DNA of 64,000 nt. Source: Pirellulales bacterium. GTDB lineage: Bacteria; Planctomycetota; Planctomycetia; Pirellulales; PALSA-1355. Positions 30,683 through 39,111 of this stretch are shown here, piece after piece. The stretch covers positions 1,312,001 to 1,376,000 of the forward strand of contig CAVTBU010000005.1 of assembly GCA_963733035.1 (NCBI GenBank), written 5' to 3'. Made by a program: the position numbers and the translations under genes. The stretch's first letter is position 1. Each line of letters starts with the position of its first letter. The notes beneath the pieces are model-generated. The model was not told the DNA's origin. It worked only from the letters and a program-made list of their open reading frames with translations, and searched no databases.

Positions 30683-31771
30683 ATGGCAGAAAACAGCGTT
30701 CGTCATCAGCCGACTGCCGAAGCCGATCCGACCGGCGACCCAGGCTCCCTGCCAATGGTCACGGTCGCCATGCCGGTGCTGAACGAAGAGAAGTTCATTG
30801 CCCGCAGCTTGGACCAGGTTTTGTCGCAGGATTATCCGTCAGACCGGATCGAGGTCATCGTGGCCGACGGCATGTCCAGCGACCGCACGCGGGAGATCGT
30901 CAGGGAATACGGAAAGGAGCATCCGCAAGTCCGGCTCGTGGACAACCCGGCTCGCTTTCGCGCGTCGGGCTTGAATATCGTCATCCAGGATTGCCAGGGC
31001 GACGTCGTGGTGTGTGTCGATGGGCATTGCGAGGTGGATCCCGATTTTGTTCGCCAGGGCGTGGAATTATTCCAGGAACATCCCGAAGCCTGGTGCGTGG
31101 GGGGGCCTACGAACCACGTCGGCCGAAATACGTTTGCCAAAGCCGTTGCGATTGCCATGTCGCACCGCTTGGGCGTCGGCACCGCCACGCACCGCTTTCC
31201 CGACTTCGAAGGCTACGCCGACGGCGTGCAGTTCCCTGCCTATCGCAAGTGGCTATTTGACAAGGTGGGGCTGTTTGACGAAGTCATGGTGCGCACCGAG
31301 GATGACGAACTGTCGTTCCGTATCGCCAAGGCTGGCGGCAAGACGTACGTCTCGCCGCGTGTGCGCTACAAATACTACGTCCGCGATTCAATCGGCAAGC
31401 TCTATCAGCAATACATGCAATACGCCTTTTGGCGGATTCCGGTCTTCAAAAAACATGGCCGCCCCACCACCGTTCGCCAAATTGTACCCATGCTGTTCTT
31501 CGCGACGATGCTGCTTCTACTTGTCGTGGGCTTGTTCCTCCAGCAGCCTGTGGTGGCATTCGCGCTGCCGGCCATTTATGTGACGGCATTGCTGCTGGTG
31601 GGAGTTTCGGTGATTCCTCGTGCCGGCCTGAAAGTCGCCTGCCTCGTGCCAGTCGCCATCGCCACGATGCACGTCGCCTATGCCTGGGGCATGGCCTACG
31701 GACTCTTCTCGGGCGTGTTTTTCCCGAAGGCATTCGACCCCAGCGGCGGAATGTCCCAGCAGAAGCGCTAG
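30683..31771 (+). CDS. Glycosyltransferase family 2 (ExoA-like, with C-terminal TM helices)
   Basis: PVLNEE, ADGMSSDRT, VDGH, GLFDE..RTEDDEL. Confidence 0.9.
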   Translation: MAENSVRHQPTAEADPTGDPGSLPMVTVAMPVLNEEKFIARSLDQVLSQDYPSDRIEVIVADGMSSDRTREIVREYGKEHPQVRLVDNPARFRASGLNIVIQDCQGDVVVCVDGHCEVDPDFVRQGVELFQEHPEAWCVGGPTNHVGRNTFAKAVAIAMSHRLGVGTATHRFPDFEGYADGVQFPAYRKWLFDKVGLFDEVMVRTEDDELSFRIAKAGGKTYVSPRVRYKYYVRDSIGKLYQQYMQYAFWRIPVFKKHGRPTTVRQIVPMLFFATMLLLLVVGLFLQQPVVAFALPAIYVTALLLVGVSVIPRAGLKVACLVPVAIATMHVAYAWGMAYGLFSGVFFPKAFDPSGGMSQQKR

Positions 31772-31789
31772 CCCATTGGCGAGACAACC

Positions 31790-33004
31790 ATGAAAGTGCC
31801 ATTCTTCCGTCCGGCCATCGGCGATGCAGAAATCAACGAAGTCGTCAATTGCCTGCGCTCAGGCTGGCTGACCACCGGCCCCACAACCAAACGCTTTGAG
31901 ACCGAATTCGCCGCGGCCGTTGGTGCCAGGCACGCGGTCGCCGTCAATTCGGCAACCGCCGCGCTTCATTTGTCGGCCGATGCACTTGGGCTCAAAGCCG
32001 GTCAGGCGGTGCTCGTCCCCACGATGACCTTCGCCGCCACCGCCGAGATCGTGCGCTACCTGGGCGGAATTCCAATTCTCGTCGACTGCGACCCTAAAAC
32101 GACGAATATGGACCTGGCCGATGCCGAGCAAAAACTAGAGCTGCTGTCAGCCGGGAAGATTCCCGCCGCGGCCGGACAACAACCCGAGGTGGTCGGTATC
32201 ATTCCGGTCCATGTCGGTGGCCTGATGATGGACATGCAGGCGGTGCAAAATTTTGCCGACCGCCATCATCTGTGGGTGATCGAAGACGCGGCGCACGCAT
32301 TTCCAGCGGCCTGGCGTCCGTCGGCCGATCAGCCTTGGCAACGCTGTGGCGAAGGCACCTCGGCTGTCGCCTGCTATTCGTTTTACGCCAACAAGACCAT
32401 CACGACCGGCGAAGGGGGGATGGCGGTAACCGAAGACGAGGAAATGGCCGCCCGCATTCGCATGATGTCGCTGCACGGTCTGTCACGCGATGCTTGGGGA
32501 CGCTACTCCGGCGGCGGAAGCTGGGACTACCGCATCGTCGAAGCTGGCTACAAGTACAACCTGACCGACGTCGCTTCGGCCATCGGCGTGCATCAGTTGG
32601 CAAAGGCCGAAGCAATGCGCCAGGAGCGCGAGAAGATCGTCCATTGGTACCGTCAGGCGTTGGGCGACGTCGAAGCCCTGGAGCTTCCTGAGATCCCCGA
32701 GAACCGCATTCACTCCTGGCACCTTTTTCCGGTCCGTCTGCGACTCGAAAGGTTGCGGATCAACCGCAACGAGTTCTTCGACGCGATTCGCGAAGCAGGC
32801 GTCGGCTGCTCAGTGCACTGGCGGCCACTGCACATGCACCCGTACTACCACGAGCGATTCGGTTGGACACCCGATCTGTTCCCGGTGGCCACGCCGCTCT
32901 GGGAGCGTTCGATTAGCCTGCCGCTGTTTCCGGGTATGCGCGAAGACGAGCAGACCTACGTCGCCGAAGTCGTACGCAGTTTGTGCACGAAGCACGCTGC
33001 CTGA
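31790..33004 (+). CDS. DegT/DnrJ/EryC1/StrS PLP-dependent sugar aminotransferase
   Basis: SGWLTTGP, VNSATAALHL, IEDAAHA, SFYANKTITTGEGG, GYKYN, SLPLFP. Confidence 0.95.
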   Translation: MKVPFFRPAIGDAEINEVVNCLRSGWLTTGPTTKRFETEFAAAVGARHAVAVNSATAALHLSADALGLKAGQAVLVPTMTFAATAEIVRYLGGIPILVDCDPKTTNMDLADAEQKLELLSAGKIPAAAGQQPEVVGIIPVHVGGLMMDMQAVQNFADRHHLWVIEDAAHAFPAAWRPSADQPWQRCGEGTSAVACYSFYANKTITTGEGGMAVTEDEEMAARIRMMSLHGLSRDAWGRYSGGGSWDYRIVEAGYKYNLTDVASAIGVHQLAKAEAMRQEREKIVHWYRQALGDVEALELPEIPENRIHSWHLFPVRLRLERLRINRNEFFDAIREAGVGCSVHWRPLHMHPYYHERFGWTPDLFPVATPLWERSISLPLFPGMREDEQTYVAEVVRSLCTKHAA

Positions 33005-33029
33005 GCAAATTGCGCAGGGAGACCGCGGC

Positions 33030-34844
33030 ATCACGGCCATACTGGGCATCTCGGCCTTCTATCACGACTCGGCCGCCGCGATCGTTGTCGACGGCGAGAT
33101 CGTCGCGGCCGCCGAAGAAGAGCGGTTCACCCGCCAGAAGCACGACGACGGCTTTCCGCTGCACGCCATTCAGTACTGCCTTGAAGCCGCCGGGTTGACG
33201 GCCGACGAGCTTGACTACGTTGGCTTTTACGACAAGCCGTTTCTCAAGTTTGAGCGCTTGCTGGAAACGTACCTCGCCTACGCGCCAGCCGGCTTTCGCT
33301 CGTTTCTCCGCGTCCTGCCTGGCTGGCTACAGCACCGCCTGCGTGTGCCGCGCGAAGTTCGGCGCGGGCTTGGCAACGGATTTCATCATCGGATACTGTT
33401 CTCGGAGCATCACCAATCGCACGCTGCCAGCGCGTTTTTTCCCTCACCGTTTGAAAATGCGGCGATCCTGACTTTCGACGGCGTGGGAGAGTGGGCGACC
33501 GCCAGCATGGGCATTGGACGCGGCAATCAGATCTCGCTCACCCACGAGCTCCGCTTTCCCCATTCGCTGGGAATGCTCTACTCGGCGTTCACCGCGTTTT
33601 GCGGCTTCGAGGTCAATTCGGGCGAGTACAAGCTGATGGGGCTGGCTGCGTACGGCAGCCCGTGCTATGCCGACCTGATCCAGGAAAAGTTACTCGACTT
33701 GAAGCGCGACGGTTCGTTCCGCCTTGGTATGCGGTACTTTCGCTACTGCCAGGGGCTGACCATGACCTCTCCGGCGTTCGACCGATTGTTTGGCGGCCCA
33801 CCGCGTCATCCAAACTCCCCCATCACCCACCGCGAAATGGATCTGGCGGCGTCGATCCAAATGGTCACCGAGGAAATTGTTCTTCGGGCAGCCCAACACG
33901 TGCAGCAACAAACGGGGGCGGACAAACTCTGCCTGGCCGGAGGTGTGGCCCTGAACAGCGTCGCCAACGGACGACTTCTACGCGAAGGGCCGTTCAACGA
34001 CGTCTGGATTCAGCCGGCGGCCGGCGACTCCGGCGGGGCCCTTGGTGTCGCACTATTGATCTGGCATCAACTGCTCGACAAGCCGCGCGTGGCCAAGCCG
34101 CACGATGGCCAACGGGGCTCGCTCCTTGGACCCGAGTTTGACGATCACCAATGCCGCGACTTTCTCGAGGGTGTTGGCGCACCCTACACTTTTTTTGAGC
34201 GCGAAGACGATCTCTGCGACAAGGTCGCCCAACGGATTGCCGACGGCCAGGTCGTCGCGTGGTTTCAGGGCCGCATGGAATTCGGCCCACGCGCACTCGG
34301 CTCGCGCAGCATCCTGGCCGATGCTCGCAATCCGCAAATGCAATCGATCCTGAATCAGAAGGTGAAACATCGGGAAACGTTTCGCCCGTTCGCACCGGCC
34401 GTTCTTGAAGAGCTCGCGGCCGAGTACTTCGAGTTGCCGCCGGGCCGTACAAGCCCCTACATGCAACTGGTTGCTCGCGTGAGAAACACGATGGAGTCGA
34501 CCGCGAGTGATCCGGTCGAGAGCTGTCGGACTTTCAAGACAACCATGGCGTCCAGTTCGCAGATTCCCGCGGTCACACATGTCGATGGCACGGCGCGTGT
34601 ACAAACGGTTGATCGTCTCCGGCACGGTCGTTTCCGTCTCCTTGTCGAGCGATTTCATGCGCTGACGGGCATCCCGGTGTTGCTCAACACCAGCTTCAAC
34701 GTCCGCGACGAACCCATCGTTTGCACGCCGGCCGATGCATACCGCTGCTTCCAGGCAACCGCGATCGATACGCTGGTGCTGGGACGGTGCATCGTTGACA
34801 AACCCAGCGAAGGCCCAGCCCACGAAATTCATGTCACTGGTTGA
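33030..34844 (+). CDS. O-carbamoyltransferase (NodU/CmcH/SxtI family); family N-terminus begins at an ATC codon
   Basis: In-frame (I/M)TAILGISAFYHDSAAA..EEERFTRQKH upstream of the ORF-track start; EHHQSHAASAF, DGVGE, GGVALN, EFGPRALG, THVDGTARVQ, NTSFN. Confidence 0.92.
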   Translation: MTAILGISAFYHDSAAAIVVDGEIVAAAEEERFTRQKHDDGFPLHAIQYCLEAAGLTADELDYVGFYDKPFLKFERLLETYLAYAPAGFRSFLRVLPGWLQHRLRVPREVRRGLGNGFHHRILFSEHHQSHAASAFFPSPFENAAILTFDGVGEWATASMGIGRGNQISLTHELRFPHSLGMLYSAFTAFCGFEVNSGEYKLMGLAAYGSPCYADLIQEKLLDLKRDGSFRLGMRYFRYCQGLTMTSPAFDRLFGGPPRHPNSPITHREMDLAASIQMVTEEIVLRAAQHVQQQTGADKLCLAGGVALNSVANGRLLREGPFNDVWIQPAAGDSGGALGVALLIWHQLLDKPRVAKPHDGQRGSLLGPEFDDHQCRDFLEGVGAPYTFFEREDDLCDKVAQRIADGQVVAWFQGRMEFGPRALGSRSILADARNPQMQSILNQKVKHRETFRPFAPAVLEELAAEYFELPPGRTSPYMQLVARVRNTMESTASDPVESCRTFKTTMASSSQIPAVTHVDGTARVQTVDRLRHGRFRLLVERFHALTGIPVLLNTSFNVRDEPIVCTPADAYRCFQATAIDTLVLGRCIVDKPSEGPAHEIHVTG

Positions 34845-35247
34845 ATTCAAAAACGACCCAACGGACCGCGAGGTCCGGCAGTTTGCCCAACTTTGGCTGC
34901 CGGCCGCGTGCTTTGCACTAGCCCTCTGGGCGACCTACCGCCTGCACAACGTCTCGGCAACGGTCTTCGCCGCGGTCGGATTGCTGAGCTTGCTGCTTGG
35001 CATCTCGCGCCCAAATTGGATGCGTTGGGTGTATGTCGCCTGGACCGCGGCGGCATTTCCGCTGGCCTGGCTTGTTGCATATGCTTCGGCGGCGGCTATT
35101 TATTTCCTGTTGATTGTGCCGATCGGGCTGGTTCTACGGATCGCCGGCCACGACTCGCTTGCCAGGCAGTTTGATCGTGAGGCACAATCCTACTGGACGC
35201 CGCGGCCTGTCGAGGCCGATCGCCAACAACACTTCCGCCAGTTTTAG
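34831..35247 (+). CDS. SxtJ-like small membrane protein
   Basis: P..REVRQF, hydrophobic helices, YFLLIVPIGLVLRIAGHDSL, SYW, ends RQF; follows the carbamoyltransferase. Confidence 0.75.
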   Translation: MSLVEFKNDPTDREVRQFAQLWLPAACFALALWATYRLHNVSATVFAAVGLLSLLLGISRPNWMRWVYVAWTAAAFPLAWLVAYASAAAIYFLLIVPIGLVLRIAGHDSLARQFDREAQSYWTPRPVEADRQQHFRQF

Positions 35248-35263
35248 AGACCGCGACCCAACC

Positions 35264-35935
35264 GTGACCGACTCGGTTCCTCCTTCCGTAGCCTCTGCAA
35301 AAAAGGTCCGCGCGGTCGCGCCACCGCGGCGACCGATCTACCACGCCGCGAAACGGACGCTCGACCTGGTGGCATCCACTTGTGGGCTGCTGTTGCTCAG
35401 CCCACTGCTGTTGCTGGCAGCCCTGGCCGTGAAACTGGATTCGCCGGGTCCCGTCCTGTTCATTCAGCAGCGTGTGGGGCGGAACTTTCGAAACTTTGGG
35501 ATCTTTAAATTCCGCACGATGGTCATCGACGCTGAGAAGCAGGGGGGTCAGATCACGTTCGGCGCCGACCCGCGAATTACGCGTGTCGGTCGCGTGCTGC
35601 GCAAGACCAAACTCGACGAGCTGCCACAGCTATTGAATGTGGTGCTGGGACACATGAGCCTGGTGGGGCCGCGCCCCGAAGTGCCGCGATACGTCGATAT
35701 GTACCGAGACGACTACGCTTATGTGCTTGCGGTACGGCCGGGCCTGACGGACCTGGCCTCGCTTAAATACCGCGACGAGGCGGAGCAATTGGCTGCCAGC
35801 CTCGATCCTGCGAAAGAGTACGCCCAGCACATCTTGCCGGATAAGATCGCGCTGGCTCACGAGTACATCGACACCGCCTCGTTTGCCGGCGACCTGGGCA
35901 TCGTGCTGAAGACGTTCGTGCGGATTGCCCGCTAG
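35264..35935 (+). CDS. Initiating phosphoglycosyltransferase (Bac_transf, PglC/WcaJ-like)
   Basis: [48 protein letters not shown]. Confidence 0.95.
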   Translation: MTDSVPPSVASAKKVRAVAPPRRPIYHAAKRTLDLVASTCGLLLLSPLLLLAALAVKLDSPGPVLFIQQRVGRNFRNFGIFKFRTMVIDAEKQGGQITFGADPRITRVGRVLRKTKLDELPQLLNVVLGHMSLVGPRPEVPRYVDMYRDDYAYVLAVRPGLTDLASLKYRDEAEQLAASLDPAKEYAQHILPDKIALAHEYIDTASFAGDLGIVLKTFVRIAR

Positions 35936-35986
35936 GAACGTCTTGAGCACGTGTACATGCCCGCGGCCGCCGGCCGCCTCGCACGC

Positions 35987-36172
35987 TCAAGATTCGTCGA
36001 CGCCGACGGGGCCGCCGAGCGATCGAGGCTCCAGTTCGTCTCGGAGCACGAGGATGTGGGGCGGGGCCTCGATGCCCAGCCTCACTTTGTCTCCTGCCAC
36101 GCGCACGACGGTTACGACGATCGAGTCGCCGAGTCTAATCCGTTCTCGCTCACGCCGGGAAAGAACCAGCAT
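35987..36172 (-). CDS. csrA: Carbon storage regulator CsrA/RsmA
   Basis: MLVLSRRERERIRLGDSIVVTVVRVAGDKVRLGIEAPPHILVLRDEL; GGGAGG SD. Confidence 0.93.
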   Translation of the reverse strand: MLVLSRRERERIRLGDSIVVTVVRVAGDKVRLGIEAPPHILVLRDELEPRSLGGPVGVDES

Positions 36173-36174
36173 GG

Positions 36175-36195
36175 ACCGTACCTCCCTGTATGATC
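36175..36195 (-). promoter_or_regulatory. Candidate CsrA-binding hairpin overlapping the csrA Shine-Dalgarno
   Basis: mRNA GAUC-A-UAC-[AGGGAG]-GUA-C-GGUC; AUACAGGGAGGU matches RUACARGGAUGU at 11/12. Confidence 0.6.
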
Positions 36196-36218
36196 GAAGT
36201 TCGTTATTAGTGAAGTTA

Positions 36219-36246
36219 TGTATACTATTCGCGACGGAACTGTCAA
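36219..36246 (-). promoter_or_regulatory. sigma70-type promoter for csrA
   Basis: TTGACA-16nt-TATACA, 47 nt upstream of the ATG. Confidence 0.6.
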
Positions 36247-36312
36247 GCGTGCTTTTTGACCCTTGTACGCCACGCCGCAGACATCCGAACCGCCCGTCGT
36301 CCGCTATGAACC

Positions 36313-36609
36313 TCAGGCGGCAGTGGCCTCCAGCCTCGGCGCTTCCACCAGTTGAATCTTGTGAAAGCGCTCGCCGGTTTGACCGTAGAAAAGCACCGTG
36401 TTGCGTTGTGTTTCCCAAATCGCGGTGAGCTTTACGGCCCGAGGTCCATGCAGGCAGAAGAAGATGCCGCAGGGACCGTCGGAACGAATCAGAATTCGCT
36501 CGGTTAAGGGAAACGCTTCCAGCTCAAGTTGACCTTCCAGACATAGAATGTTTTTTACGTAGATTCGCAAATCGTCCAAGGTTTGTATCACCGCGGAACA
36601 GGTGACCAT
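36313..36609 (-). CDS. Hypothetical protein (98 aa) upstream of csrA
   Basis: AAGGAG RBS; protein-like sequence PCGIFFCLHGPRAVKLTAIWE..VLFY..TGERF. Confidence 0.75.
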   Translation of the reverse strand: MVTCSAVIQTLDDLRIYVKNILCLEGQLELEAFPLTERILIRSDGPCGIFFCLHGPRAVKLTAIWETQRNTVLFYGQTGERFHKIQLVEAPRLEATAA

Positions 36610-36904
36610 GGGCGCTAAGTTCTCCTTTGGGAATCGCCAGCGAGCTTGGATAAGGTGAATGCCCGCGTGCGGGATAGATAATCTGGGTTGTGCCCCAACA
36701 GGATTGCTATCGGCCGAATTCGTGCGGCTCCTGCAACAAGGAGGGTAAATTTGAGAAATCTGTTAAAATAACAGCGCGGAGCGTGTTTGCTAAAGATTTC
36801 TCGATTGCGGAGGATTTGCGACGGTACCGCCATCGACAACGGCGCGCATCACCGCGGCGATCACGATGTGATCGGAGCCTCTTCACGTGTGAGAACGCCG
36901 CCCG

Positions 36905-37838
36905 TTATTTCGAGTATTCCTCGAACACCTCGGCAACGTGCCCCTGCTTCTCATCCCCTTTGTGCAGAAGCACGCGATAGCGAAGTTTCAACGTCTCGCC
37001 CTCGGGCAACGTGTACTCACCATGTTTCTTGCCATGCGTGAAGTCGTTCAGTCCGAACGGATTCGCTGCAAATAGGCCGTAGGTTCGCACGTGCCAGTAC
37101 GTGGGGAAGCGGAAGCTGGTAGGGTGATTGAGGATGGCAATGCCGACGGTTTCATCGTCGACGGGGCCATGATAATCGACCCAGGCGGCGGGTTTGCCCC
37201 AGGCCATCAGATTCGTTTGACCTTCGCTATTGACAATCTTTCCGCCTTTTTTTGATTCGACGCGCATGCTCGAGGGAACACGAACGCCAAATGAACCTTC
37301 CTTCGTGTCGCCAAACGTGACCGGGCCGGCGGTGGCCTTGATTTCGATATCCGCGTCGATCCAGCGCGCGTCTTGGTCACCACCGAAAGTGAACTTGCGC
37401 TCGTCCTGGCAAATTAACTTGCTGCCGTCCGGACTCAGCCAATCGTTGCGCGTAATGAGCACCGCCTCCGGACCACCTTCGGCCCGCACAAACTCGCGAT
37501 GTTCGATGCGGCCTTTTCCCTCGCTCCAAAAATCGATGCCGTTCACGTCGCCGTGCGTGAACCACAGCGATCGCTGATGAATATGATCGCGATCCGTTTC
37601 GCCGGGCACATCCTGTTCGAGCGGCCAGGAACGGGTCATTTTTTTCCCCGTGGGGCCGTACAGGGGCCAGATAATCGGCTTACTGCCGGATTTGACCAGG
37701 TACTCGGCGAAGGGCTGGCCGTCGATCTTCACGGCTTTGCCCTGGGGAGTGTCTTCAACGGTCAATTCGGCGGCGCACTGCGCGATTTGTCGCGAAGAAC
37801 AGGAGCAGGGCTGCGAGCAGGGCAAAAAAGCGGGGCAT
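36905..37838 (-). CDS. Secreted PmoA-like/DUF6807 family protein, apparent frameshift in the signal peptide near 37773
   Basis: DHIHQRSLWFTHGDVNG, FGDTKEG, WVDY, NHP..FRFPTYWHVRTYGLFAANPFG; MPRFFALLAALLLFFA signal in the adjacent frame. Confidence 0.75.
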
Positions 37839-37932
37839 GATGGCAAACTCCAAGGGGTGCGAGAATGCCACTATGTTAACCGCTGCCGCGGGCCGTTTCA
37901 GCCCCCGTCGGCCGCCGGAATTCTGGCGCTAC

Positions 37933-38691
37933 CTACCGGCGGCTCAAGCTTCCGGAGGGTGGGGCCAGAAAGGCCTTGAAATCGACTTCGTCGAACGTTG
38001 CCAGTTGATTGGCGGTTTTTGCCATCCGCTTGTGGTCGCTGTCCAGCAGTCGCCACGTGACGTAGTGCTCGGTGCGCGCCGACACGGCCCGGGTATTGAG
38101 CTGCACTTCCGTGGGAACCAAGCCCCGTTTGGCCAACTCGGCGTTGACGCTCAAACGCGGAAACGGCGGCGTCGAGCCAGGGTTGGCCATCGTATTGAAA
38201 CGAGCGTACCAGTCCGAGAACTCGCGATACTGCTGGGTCGCGCTGTCTGAGGGTGCTGCCATGGTCTGCAACTTGTAGGTCATCTGGGGACTCGAGAGCG
38301 TTAGCTCGCCATCCTCGGAAAACTCCACGTCGAATTGCGGGTCGGCCGCGAACTTCATGTTGGGGTTCGAACTCTTGGCCGCCAGGTCGTGCAACTCGTC
38401 TACCAATTTACGCACGTCGTCCGCCTTTACCTCGGCTTTGACCCTTTTTACCGGGTCGAGCACGACGAATCGTCCTCCCCGTTGATCGAACACCACGATT
38501 CGCGCCGAGCCACTGTCCATGTAGTCGTAGACATAGCCCGCCCGAAAGAGCGTCGTGTTCTGACTGATCGGGTTCTTGCTCTTGCCGGAGTAAACCTTGG
38601 TCTCAATGCGAAAATCGTCGGCGGGCACACGTGCGGCACATGCGCCGAGAACGACGGCGAGAATGGCCAGCTTGGCGGCGGAGTGGCGCAT
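37933..38691 (-). CDS. Secreted hypothetical protein
   Basis: Signal peptide MRHSAAKLAILAVVLGACAARVPA; AGGAG RBS. Confidence 0.7.
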   Translation of the reverse strand: MRHSAAKLAILAVVLGACAARVPADDFRIETKVYSGKSKNPISQNTTLFRAGYVYDYMDSGSARIVVFDQRGGRFVVLDPVKRVKAEVKADDVRKLVDELHDLAAKSSNPNMKFAADPQFDVEFSEDGELTLSSPQMTYKLQTMAAPSDSATQQYREFSDWYARFNTMANPGSTPPFPRLSVNAELAKRGLVPTEVQLNTRAVSARTEHYVTWRLLDSDHKRMAKTANQLATFDEVDFKAFLAPPSGSLSRR

Positions 38692-39111
38692 GTCGTGGCT
38701 CCTGAGTCGGAAACGGCGAACACTTTTCCGGGGGCGGGAAGGGTACAAGAATGGTCCCCCAAGTGTAAAGGGGAGTCTGCCCCGCCCCGCGAATTCGCCG
38801 CTGCCAGACCTTTGCCGGGCCACGCTTGTTGCCCGCCGTCGCACATCCAGTCCGGCATGCCTGGGCGACCGCTAAAGCCGGCAAAATTGCCCCCAAATCT
38901 GCCTGCACGGCATGCAAACGGAGATTGGGCACGTTATGTTTAATAGCTCGACCACCGAGGTGGTGCCTCGATCCTTTCTCTCGGCGAGGTGCGTGGTCGC
39001 GGCGGTTCGACACCACCAATTCGGGTTCGCACGTTCTCGAACTCCGCACCGCTTGCCATACCGGGCGCGGGCGGCCAGCATGCAGCCAGCACCAAAAGGA
39101 CACTTGCAACG

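Noticed and set aside
33030..35247. Saxitoxin biosynthesis
   Set aside because: Only SxtI/SxtJ-like genes; no sxtA/sxtG; context is a polysaccharide locus
36905..37838. Methane monooxygenase subunit
   Set aside because: 'PmoA' here is a family label for a secreted soluble protein; no TM helices and no pmoCAB
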